In this document: positions 1-8,500 of the stretch, in pieces
Position numbering within the stretch: position 1 is the first letter of the stretch
Layout: every line of letters begins with the position of its first letter
From: Candidatus Eiseniibacteriota bacterium
GTDB taxonomy: Bacteria; Eisenbacteria; RBG-16-71-46
Reading direction: 5' to 3'
Length of the DNA stretch: 16,673 nucleotides
Assembly (NCBI GenBank): GCA_044222065.1
Contig: JBGAOA010000082.1
Coordinates: 1-16,673, forward strand
Program-made: the position numbers and the translations under genes
The notes under the pieces: model-generated
What the model saw: only the letters and a program-made list of their open reading frames with translations
What the model was told of the DNA's origin: nothing
Database searches by the model: none

Positions 1-1
1 A

Positions 2-802
2 CGCCTTCGCGAAGCCGCGCGCGACGCGCGCGAGGTCCGCGCCCGCGCGCCGCAGTTCCTCGGCCTCGCTCGCGGGCGCCGACTCCTTCGCGCCCGGCCG
101 CACGTCGCGCGGCGCGCCGAGCGGGGCGTCCGAGACGCGCGCACGAGGCAGCGGACCCGTGACGCGCTCGACGAGTTCGATCGCCGGACCCTTGTTGAAG
201 CGGACGCCGTCCGCTTCGCCGACGTTCTGCACCTCTTCGCGCTGCGCGAGCGCGGAACCGACCTGTTCGCGCGTCACGAGGTGCGTCGTGAGGTCGGTCG
301 TGCCGAGGCTGGCCATCGGCGTCCAGCGCGTGATGCCGCCCGGGATCTGCGACGGGTCCACGCCGCCGCCGATCAGCGGCGACCAGCCGATGTACGGGCC
401 CGCCATCTCCCAGCTTACCCACGACGGCGCCCACTCGAGTCCGGGCAGCCACACCCAGCCCTGGAACGCGTCGTACAACCAGCGGCCGTAGTGGAACGTC
501 GCCCAACCGAACGGTTCGGTCGAGACCCACACCCAGCCGTACACGTCGCTCGGCACCCAGAAGCCCTGCTCGTACGGCTGCCACGCGACGAAGTTCACGT
601 CCGGGCGGAACACGTAGCCGTAGGGCTCGATCAGTATCCAGTCGCCGTCTTCGCGGAGCGCGTCGTAGAACAGCCGGTACTCGGGCGCGAGTCCCGCGCG
701 CTCGGGCGACATCGTGGGCGTCATCGGCTGAAGGCCCATCGTGGCGCACGAGGGCAGCAGCGCGAGGACGAGCAGCAGGGCGAGGGCGCGAGGGCGCGTC
801 AT
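2..802 (-). CDS. DUF6600-like Trp/Gly-rich lipoprotein, 3' end runs off the window
   Basis: Not in the ORF track because there is no stop codon inside the window. Hand translation from ATG at 802 gives MTRPRALALLLVLALLPSC (lipobox-like), then FYDALREDGDWILIEPYGYVFRPDVNFVAWQPYEQGFWVPSDVYGWVWVSTEPFGWATFHYGRWLYDAFQGWVWLPGLEWAPSWVSW, the W/Y/G pattern of DUF6600 proteins. The frame stays open to the window edge. Confidence 0.85.
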   Translation of the reverse strand, partial: MTRPRALALLLVLALLPSCATMGLQPMTPTMSPERAGLAPEYRLFYDALREDGDWILIEPYGYVFRPDVNFVAWQPYEQGFWVPSDVYGWVWVSTEPFGWATFHYGRWLYDAFQGWVWLPGLEWAPSWVSWEMAGPYIGWSPLIGGGVDPSQIPGGITRWTPMASLGTTDLTTHLVTREQVGSALAQREEVQNVGEADGVRFNKGPAIELVERVTGPLPRARVSDAPLGAPRDVRPGAKESAPASEAEELRRAGADLARVARGFAKA

Positions 803-879
803 GGCGCGGCCATGATGGCACCGACGATTGGTGGCCTCAAACCCGTCCGCCGGGAGCGCCGTGTCGGAAATCTTTTCAG

Positions 880-909
880 TTGTGCGGTTCGATTCCGGCT
901 CTCTACCGT
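880..909 (+). promoter_or_regulatory. Candidate sigma70-type promoter for the 1087-2662 unit
   Basis: TTGTGC (880-885), 18-bp spacer, TACCGT (904-909), preceded by an AT-rich patch (gaaatcttttcag) in otherwise very GC-rich DNA. Confidence 0.3.
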
Positions 910-1086
910 GGCGTCCGGCGGCTTCCCCCGTCACGGACCGTGCCGCAACGGTTCGCCGTCGGTCCCCGGCACGATCCTTCACGATAGAGGTCAGTGAGTT
1001 CCGTTCTCATCGAACGAGTCCGCCGCGCACGCCGCGGCCGGCTTCGCTCGAACTCGCTTCCCCCACTCCACGTGAAGGAGATGCGC

Positions 1087-1665
1087 ATGTTCGCTCGCAT
1101 CGCCACCCGAATCGCGTTCGCGCTCGCCGTCGTCGCCGCTTCTGCGGCCGCGGCGAACGCCACGACGCTCGTGCGCGAAGGCCTCGACAAGCTGACGCGC
1201 GGCAACGAGCAGGCGCTGCTCGGCAAGGTCGTCGCGCTCCACAGCTACTGGAACGCGGATCACAACTTCATCTACACCGACGTGCAGGTGCGGCCGAGCC
1301 AGTCGCTCAAGGGCAAGGTCACGGCCAGCGACGACGTGACGTTCACGCTCATGGGCGGCACGGTCGGTGAGACGACGGTGTTGATCGTCGGCGGCCCCGA
1401 ACTCGTGCCCGGCTCCGAGTACGTGCTGTTCCTGAGCCACTCGGACCTCGCGGGCGGTCGCAGGGCCGCGCTCACGCTGTCGAGCCTGATGCAGGGCGTG
1501 TTTGATGTCGTCGAGAAGAACGGCGTGCGCCGCGCCGTGAGCCAGGCGTGGGATCACCCGCTCGTGCCCGACGACAGCGGCGAGGGCGTCGCCCCCGGCG
1601 GCGAAGACGGCCTCGAACTCGACACGATGCTCGCGCAGGTCCGGCAGCTCGCCGGCGAGCGCTGA
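1087..1665 (+). CDS. Exported protein with a putative TIMP/NTR-like OB-fold, of the kind often found N-terminal to bacterial matrixins
   Basis: RBS GAAGGAG at 1074-1080. ATG at 1087 gives proper spacing (alternative ATG at 1081). Sec signal ends at ANA|TT. The pattern TTL...L..L......LLGKV....SYW....IYTDV.V......LKG....VTFTLMGGTVG....IVGGPELVPGSEYVLFL matches that widespread domain. The fold assignment is inference. Confidence 0.7.
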   Translation: MFARIATRIAFALAVVAASAAAANATTLVREGLDKLTRGNEQALLGKVVALHSYWNADHNFIYTDVQVRPSQSLKGKVTASDDVTFTLMGGTVGETTVLIVGGPELVPGSEYVLFLSHSDLAGGRRAALTLSSLMQGVFDVVEKNGVRRAVSQAWDHPLVPDDSGEGVAPGGEDGLELDTMLAQVRQLAGER

Positions 1666-1696
1666 TCGCGAACCCCAACCGACGGAGGATCACGTC

Positions 1697-2662
1697 ATGA
1701 AGCGAATCCTGACGTTGACGCTCGTGGTGGCGGCGCTCGCGACGCTCGCGGGGAACGCGCTCGCCTTTCGCATGATCCAGAACACCGGCGTGGGCCGCTT
1801 CTCGGCCGGCGCCGCGGTCGCCTGCAACAACTCGGGCGGCTTCACGCACTGGAACACCTGCAACATCAGTTGGCGGCTCAACACCGCGAATCAGGGCGCG
1901 GGCAAGACGACCGCGGTCCAGAACGCGATGGCGTCGTGGACGAACGTCGGCAGCGCGTGCCACGTGCTCAGCTACGCGGGCACGTCGAACGCCGGCTTCG
2001 TCACCGACGGCATCAACGTGCTGCGCTGGGCGACGGGCGAAGGCTGCTCGGGCAGCTGCCTCGCGCTCACCGCACTCGTGCTGCAGAGCGGGCAGCGCAT
2101 TGTCGAGACCGACGTCACGTTCAACAACGCGGTGACGTGGACGACGAACGGCAACAACTACGACACCGAGGCGGTCGCGGCGCACGAGCTGGGCCACACG
2201 CTCGGACTGCACCACACGAACGTCGCGGGGTCGGGCACGTCCACGCGGCCGACGATGTACGCGATCTACTTCGGCTCGGCCGGTCGCAGCCTGCAGAGCG
2301 ACGACCAGCAGGGCCTGCAGTGCTCGCAGAGCCGCTACAACCCGGTCGCCGCGCAGTTCGCGGCCGAGCCGGTCGCGACCGAGACGCCGGCGGCCACCGC
2401 GGGTCGCGCGGCGCTCGCGCTGTCGTCGCGTCCGCGCGCGGGCGGTGCACTCGTGCGCTTCACACTGCCCGCAGGGGCGGACGTGAAGCTCGACGTCTAC
2501 GACGTCGCGGGCCGTCACGTCGCGAACCTCGTCAACGCCTACCAGGGCGCGGGCGATCACGAAGTCGCGTGGGACGGCGGGCACGCCGCCTCGGGCGTCT
2601 ACTTCGCGCGGCTCGTGAGCGCGTCGGGGACGGCGCGCGCGACGGTGCTGCTGTCCGAGTGA
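1697..2662 (+). CDS. Secreted matrixin (M10-like metzincin) metalloprotease with C-terminal FlgD-Ig/T9SS-like domain
   Basis: RBS GGAGG, Sec signal, zinc motif HELGHTLGLHH (HExxHxxGxxH, about 2183-2215), Met-turn PTMY, and preceding ETDVTFNN...W...YDTEAVAA. C-terminal FTLP...VKLDVYDVAGRHVANLV...AGDHEVAWDG...SGVYFARL. Confidence 0.9.
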   Translation: MKRILTLTLVVAALATLAGNALAFRMIQNTGVGRFSAGAAVACNNSGGFTHWNTCNISWRLNTANQGAGKTTAVQNAMASWTNVGSACHVLSYAGTSNAGFVTDGINVLRWATGEGCSGSCLALTALVLQSGQRIVETDVTFNNAVTWTTNGNNYDTEAVAAHELGHTLGLHHTNVAGSGTSTRPTMYAIYFGSAGRSLQSDDQQGLQCSQSRYNPVAAQFAAEPVATETPAATAGRAALALSSRPRAGGALVRFTLPAGADVKLDVYDVAGRHVANLVNAYQGAGDHEVAWDGGHAASGVYFARLVSASGTARATVLLSE

Positions 2663-2747
2663 AGTGACGGCCGCCCGCGCCGGATCGCGGGCGACTTCGG
2701 AGGCGGGAGCGAAGGGACCGCGCTCCCGTGTGACCGAAGGGAATCGG

Positions 2748-2777
2748 AACGGGCGGGCTCGCAAGGGCCCGCCCGTT
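2748..2777 (+). terminator. Stem-loop after the protease gene (13-bp stem, GCAA tetraloop)
   Basis: aacgggcgggctc-gcaa-gggcccgcccgtt with one G-U pair and only a weak U tail. Confidence 0.6.
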
Positions 2778-2868
2778 GAGTTGCGCCCGACCGGTTCGCC
2801 TCGCTTTGCGGCGCGCGCCCTCGGCGCCTAGCCTTCGCGGCGCTCGCTCGAACCGGAGGACTCTCCCC

Positions 2869-3573
2869 ATGACATCCGCGCGCATTCACGCGCTCGCCGC
2901 GGTCGCGCTCGCCACGCTCGTCGTCGCGCTCGCACCCGCACGCGCCGACGTTCGCCCCCGACCCGCCCTGTGGCTCTCGCTCGGCGCCGGCGCCGCCGAG
3001 CCCGTCGGCGACTTCGCCGATCACTCGGCGACCCAGTTCCTCGTGGACGTGAGCGCCGTGTACTTCTTCCGTCAGGCCGATCGGGTCGGCCTCGGACTGC
3101 GCTACTCGGACGAGAACTACGATCAGATCCACGGTCGCTACGACCTGCCCGGCATCGCGCTCGACCTGACCACGCATCACGCCCTGCGCTCGTTGACGGC
3201 CGGACCGCTCTGGCGCGTCGGCCGCGGGCAGGCCGAGCTGTGGCTGGAGGGCCGCGCCGGCATCGCGATCGCCGCGACCGAGACGGTCGTGGATCAGAGC
3301 TTCACCTACGCGCTCGCGACCAATCACTCGGACACGCGTTTCGCCGCCGCCACCGCGGCCTCGGCCGCGTGGCGCGTGCACGAGGGGCTGCCGGACGTGT
3401 ATCTCGCCGCGGGCGTCGACGCGCTGTTCGCGCCCGGGCTTCGCTACGTGCCGGCCGGCGGCGCGCAGGTGAACGGAAACGCGCTCGAACTCACAACGGT
3501 GAAGAGCGATGTCGTCACGCTTGGCTGGCGCGCGGCCGTGACCCTCGCGCTCCGCACGCCGCTGCGGAAGTAG
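2869..3573 (+). CDS. Probable small outer-membrane beta-barrel protein
   Basis: RBS GGAGGA at 2855-2860 and ATG at 2869 (in frame with the track ORF 2776..3573). Signal peptide ends ARA|D. Contains G...PVGDF and amphipathic strands (VGLGLRYS, LWLEGRAGIA, VYLAAGVD, LGWRAAVTLAL). Confidence 0.65.
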   Translation: MTSARIHALAAVALATLVVALAPARADVRPRPALWLSLGAGAAEPVGDFADHSATQFLVDVSAVYFFRQADRVGLGLRYSDENYDQIHGRYDLPGIALDLTTHHALRSLTAGPLWRVGRGQAELWLEGRAGIAIAATETVVDQSFTYALATNHSDTRFAAATAASAAWRVHEGLPDVYLAAGVDALFAPGLRYVPAGGAQVNGNALELTTVKSDVVTLGWRAAVTLALRTPLRK

Positions 3574-3602
3574 CGGCGCTCAGCGGCCGACGGGCCGAGC
3601 GC

Positions 3603-3661
3603 GCGGTGCGCCGGGTCGCGCGCGACGTCTTCGCCCCGGCGGGGACGTCGCGCCGCACCGC
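3603..3661. terminator. Long nested hairpin between convergent genes
   Basis: 15-bp inner stem (3620-3634/3639-3653, two G-U pairs on the + strand) plus an 8-bp outer stem gcggtgcg/cgcaccgc (3603-3610/3654-3661). No U tract. Confidence 0.5.
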
Positions 3662-5358
3662 TACAGGTTCTTGTAGTCCGGCCCGCCGCCGCCCTCGGGC
3701 GTGACCCACGTGATGATCTGGTACGGGTCGGCGATGTCGCACGTCTTGCAGTGGACGCAGTTCGACGCGTTGATGTGCAGCTTCACGGCCCCCGCGCCCG
3801 CCGCTTCGTCCGGCACCATCTCGTACACGTGCGCCGGGCAGAAGTGCTGGCAGGGATTCCCGTACTCCTCGCGGCAGCGCTTCGCGCACACGCTCACGTC
3901 GGCCACGACGAGATGCGCGGGCTGGTCCTCCTCGTGCGTCGTGCCCGACAGGTACACGTCGGCGAGCTTGTCGAACGTCAGCTTGCCGTCGGGCTTGAGC
4001 GGAGCGGGTCTGCCATTGGGATACGCGTCGTCGAACTTGCGCATGCGCTGGTGCCCGGGATGGCTCGGCACGCGGTCGCGCAGCATGAGGTCGCGCCCGC
4101 CCGTCACCATGCCGACGCCGACGTTGAACATGCCGGCGAACAGTCCGCCGTCGAATCCCTGGTGGAAGTTGCGCACGGCCTTGAGTTCGTCGGCGACCCA
4201 CGATGCGCCGACGCGCGTCTCGTAGCCCGCGAGCCGGTCGCCCGAGAAGTCGCCCGCGATCAGGCACTCGAAGATCGTCTCGGCGGCGAGCATGCCCGAC
4301 TTCATCGCGAGGTGGATGCCCTTCAAGCGCGCGCCGTTCAGGAACCCGCCCGAGTCGCCCGCGAGCAGCACACCGTCGGCCGAGAGCTTCGGCATCGCCC
4401 ACCAGCCGCCTTCGGGAATCGCCTTCGCGCCGTAAGCGACGGGCTTTCCTCCGGCGAGCAGTTCGCGCACGAACGGATGCGTCTTGAAGCGCTGCAGGTT
4501 GCCGTGCGGGTCGTTCGCGGGATCGGGGCTGTCGAGGCCGGTGACGAAGCCGACGGCCCAGTGGTGGTCGTCGAGGCCGTAGATGAACGAGCCGCCGAAC
4601 GTGTCGGGCGGAAGCGGCCAGTTCATCGTGTGGATCACGCGGCCCTTCTGAACGCGGCCCGCCGGCATCTCCCACAGCTCCTTCACGCCGGTCGCGTACA
4701 CCTGCGGGTTCTTGCCCGCCGAGAGTCCGAGCACGCGGTCCACTTCCTTCGCGAGCGTGCCGCGCGGGCCCTCGCACAGCACGGTCACGGGCGCGTGGCA
4801 GAGCGCGCCGGGCTGGAAGTTCGCCTTCTTCTCGCGCGTCTTCGAGATGCCGCGATCGGCGATCTTCACGCCCGTCACGCGGCCATTCTCGATGAGCGGG
4901 GCGGCGGCCGGCATCTCGGTCGCGATCAGCACGCCCTTCTCCTCGGCCTTCTCGGCGAGCCACGCGACGAGCTTGCCGAGCGAGACGATGTGGTTGCCGT
5001 GGTTCACGAACGGCGGCGGCGTCACCGGCAGGCGGAACTGGCCGCCCGCGGTGAGGAACAGCACGTCGTCGCCCGTGACTTCGGCGCCGAGCGGGCAGCC
5101 CTGCTTCGCGTAGTCCGGCATCAGCTCCTTGAGCGCGATCGGATCGAGGATCGCGCCCGAAAAGCCGTGCGCGCCGACGGTCGCGCCCTTCTCGAGCACG
5201 GCGATGTTCAGGTCGCCGAGCGCCTTGCCCGGAACGCCCGCGGCAATCGCCGCGTTGTGCTTCTCGACCAGGTGGGCGAGGTGGATCGCGCCGGCGAGCC
5301 CTGCGGGGCCGGCGCCGACGAACAGCGCGTCGAATTCGAGGACTTCGGGTTCGTCCAT
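3661..5358 (-). CDS. Electron transfer flavoprotein:quinone oxidoreductase (ETF-QO)
   Basis: FAD motif VGAGPAGLAG, EKGATVGAHGFSGA, EGPRG, GVKELW, YGAKAIPEGG, GDSGGFLN...KGIHLAMKSG, and C-terminal HEEDQPAHL, FCPAHVYE, NCVHCKTCDIADP, WVTPEGGGGPDY. Confidence 0.95.
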   Translation of the reverse strand: MDEPEVLEFDALFVGAGPAGLAGAIHLAHLVEKHNAAIAAGVPGKALGDLNIAVLEKGATVGAHGFSGAILDPIALKELMPDYAKQGCPLGAEVTGDDVLFLTAGGQFRLPVTPPPFVNHGNHIVSLGKLVAWLAEKAEEKGVLIATEMPAAAPLIENGRVTGVKIADRGISKTREKKANFQPGALCHAPVTVLCEGPRGTLAKEVDRVLGLSAGKNPQVYATGVKELWEMPAGRVQKGRVIHTMNWPLPPDTFGGSFIYGLDDHHWAVGFVTGLDSPDPANDPHGNLQRFKTHPFVRELLAGGKPVAYGAKAIPEGGWWAMPKLSADGVLLAGDSGGFLNGARLKGIHLAMKSGMLAAETIFECLIAGDFSGDRLAGYETRVGASWVADELKAVRNFHQGFDGGLFAGMFNVGVGMVTGGRDLMLRDRVPSHPGHQRMRKFDDAYPNGRPAPLKPDGKLTFDKLADVYLSGTTHEEDQPAHLVVADVSVCAKRCREEYGNPCQHFCPAHVYEMVPDEAAGAGAVKLHINASNCVHCKTCDIADPYQIITWVTPEGGGGPDYKNL

Positions 5359-5480
5359 GATGATCCCGCGTGTGGAGGCCTCGTGAACGGCGGACGCGGC
5401 AGATTACCCCGAGCGCTCGGGCGGGGGCGAGTCGGACGGGGCGGCTCGTCGCGCGCCTTCGGGCCGCCGGAACGCGCCAC

Positions 5481-5510
5481 GGGCCCGGAGCCAGACGGCG
5501 CTCCGGGCCC
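5481..5510 (-). terminator. Hairpin downstream of the large secreted protein gene
   Basis: Perfect 11-bp stem gggcccggagc/gctccgggccc with an 8-nt loop, 35 bp after the stop codon. No U tract. Confidence 0.4.
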
Positions 5511-5545
5511 GCGGGGGATCGCGCGCGTGGCGCGCGCCGGGGCAA

Positions 5546-8500
5546 TCAGCGCAACCGGACCACGCTCGCCTTCCGCACCTCGATGCGCGAGCCGTCGTCC
5601 ACGCGCGCACGCACGAAGTAGAGGCCCGCGCCCGGCAGGTCGCGCGACAGCGGCAGGCGATGCGCGCCCGCGCCGAGCGCGCCGTCGGCGAGTACGGCCA
5701 CTTCGCGGCCCGTCACGTCGTACACGCGCACCGACACGTTCGCCGCGACCGGCAGGTCGAGCGCGAGCACGGGGGAGGCGCCCGGCGAGCCGAGCGGCGC
5801 GAAGCGCAGCGCGGTGAAGGTGGAGGGCGCAGGCGTGTGGTCCTCGACGCCAAGAATCGGCAGCAGCACGACGACGACCACGCTGTTCCCGTTGTAGACC
5901 ACGCCGAAGCGGCCGTTCAGCGGCTCGCCCTGTACGGTCACGTTGGCGAACGTGCCGCTCACGATGCCGGTGCACTGGATCACCGTGAAGCTGTCGCCGG
6001 GCACGCCGTTGAAGCTCGGCAGCAGTTTCAGCTCGAGCGTGCCGCCGAGGAACGCGTGAGTGGACTTGAGCGTGTCGTACTCCGAAGTCGCGTGATTGCC
6101 GAGCTCGACTTCGAGCGTGCCGTTCGACATCGATAGGGACGCCGACGTCGAGATCTTGCGAGCGCCCGTCCCGGGCGCGACGCGGCCCTTGACGACGAGG
6201 TTCTGGGTCAGGCTGCCGGCGCCGCTCAAGCGACCCGAAGTCTCGACGTTGAACGCGAAGCCCGAACCGCCGGTGAGGGTCGTGTTGTCCAGGACGACCT
6301 CCCCGTACAACGAGGTGTTCGAGGCTTGCTGGAGGGCGAGCACGCGCGACCGCGGCCCCTCGATCCGGCCGCGCAGGGTGAGGTCGTTCGGGCTCCAGAG
6401 TCGGCCGAGTACCAGCTGGTCGGTCGCGTGCACGACCGCGCCCGAATCCACCGTGACCGCGCAGTCCATAGCGCCCGCGCCATCGAAGCGCGCCCCGGCG
6501 AGGAACTGGACCAGCGTGCCGCTCGTGCTCGCGCCGGTGCCGTACATCGTGCCGGCGATCTTGAGGCCGGCCCCGCTCGTGATCACGTCGCCGCGCGGGG
6601 TGAACGGGCCGAAGATCGTGCCGTCGCCGACGAGGCGCTTGCCGGACTCGAGCACGCCGCCGCCCGCGGGCAGGTGCAGCTCTCCGCCCGACAGCTCGAC
6701 GACGCCGACGATCGCCGAGTCGGGGTCGTGGATCGTCACGACGTTCGGGCCCACGTCGAGCAGGCCGCGGATCAGCACGTCGCCGTTGCCGGTGTCGCGC
6801 CCCAGGTCGAGCGCTCCGCCCGCGAGGATCATCACGGTCGTGTCGGTGCCGGCGAGGATGGACGAGCTCACGGTGCCGCCGCCGACGATGATCCCGGTGT
6901 CGCGAAGCAGCAGCGAGCCGCCGCTCCACGTGCCGCTGTCCAGTTCGATGTTGCCTCGCACGGTCATCGCGCCCTGCACGTTCACCGTGGCGTTCGTCAG
7001 CACGCCGATCGTGCCCGGCGTGCCCGGCCCCTTCCAGATCGTGCCCGCGACGACGGGGGCGAGCAGGTTGAGCGTCGCGCCGTCGTTCACGACGACCGTG
7101 CCGTAGTTGCCCTGCGCGAGCGTCGAGCCCGCGACGTTGAACGCGCCGGTGCTGTTGAGCATCGAGCCCGCGCCCGTCAGGAGCAGCGTGCCGCTCCCGG
7201 TCGCGGTCTCGCCGACGTTCACGCCGCTCGTCGAGACGATTCCGCCCGCGTCCACGGCCACGTACGCCTGCCCGGCCGAACCGACCACGAACGTGCGGTT
7301 GGTCGAGAGCGTGCTGCCCGCGCCGTAGACGTCCACCTGTGCGACCGAGCCCGCGTTCTGCGCGGCGATCACGTTGCCGCCGTTCGCGACCACGTCCGCG
7401 CCGCCGAGCACGTCGAACACCGCGCCGCCCGTCGAGGCGACGATGAGGGGCGGCGTCGCGGTCGCGCCCGTGAACGTCGCGGCAGCGCCGTTCATGAGCT
7501 GGAGCTTCGGCGTGTCGTTGCCGTCGGTCGCGCCTCCCGGGATCGTGAGCCGGTTCGTGAACGTCGAGAACGTTCCGCCGTCCACCTGCAGCAGCCCACC
7601 CTGCAGGTCCACGGTCGAGCCGGCGGGCTGCTGCAGAATGAGGTGCTTCGTGCGCATGCGGCTGTCGGGCTGGATCGTGATCGTGCCCGAGCTGCCGTCC
7701 GGATCGCCGACGATCGTCGAGTCGTCCACGACGAGCACGCCGAGCGAATCGAGCGTGATCGTTCCCGTGCCGCCCGCAGCACCGCTCGCGGGGTCGTAGG
7801 CGAGCTTGAGGCTGCCTTTCACCTTCACGGTCGAGCTGTCGATGACGTTCTTGCCCGTGATCGTGACGTCGCCGATGTCGGACGCGCCCTCGGCCACGAC
7901 GAGATTGCGCCCGATGCGGAAGAGCCCGCCGTCCTGCACCTCGAGGATGCCGTGCCCGCCGCTGCGCCCGAGCCGGCAGTCGGCAGTCGCGCTGTCGGCG
8001 AGGAACTGCGCGCGCCGGGTGCCGCTGCCCGTCGCGCCCGCGCCGCGCACGCGCAGCGTGCCGAGGCTTCCCGCGTTCCGGCCGACGTTGACGTGGAAGG
8101 CGGGCGTGAACGAGGCGCCGTTGATCACGACGAGTTCGCCGGTGCCGGCGCTCGTCGTGCCCGAGCCCGCGATGTTCACGACCGGCCCCTCGCCCGAGGC
8201 GCCGAACGTGTTCTGCGTGACGTTCACGGTGCCGCCCGAGAGTCGCAGCGTTCCGGTCGCGCCGGTGCCCGCGCCGACGCTCGTGGACCAGCCGAAGCGC
8301 ATGTCGCCCGACAGGAGTCGCGCGGTCGCGACGAGTCCCGCGGTCGAGGCGACGTGGAAGCCGGTGCCGACGTTGTGCAGCACGGACGGCGACAGCGTGA
8401 CGTCGCCGCCGAAGATCTGGTGCGTCTGCACCGAGTCCACCGTGCCGTTGAGCGTCACGGTGTAGGTGTTCGCGAGGTCGAAGCGCAGGAGGTCGGCCAC

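Noticed and set aside
852..906. tRNA-like GGTTCGATTCC T-loop motif at 886-896 with a possible gggagc/gctctc acceptor-like pairing
   Set aside because: The T-stem has only 3 pairs, the span is about 55 nt, and there is no D arm, anticodon arm or CCA. It also overlaps the candidate promoter spacer.
159..997. Plus-strand ORFs 159-491 and 281-997
   Set aside because: Antisense to the DUF6600-like gene, which has a lipobox and a recognisable domain.
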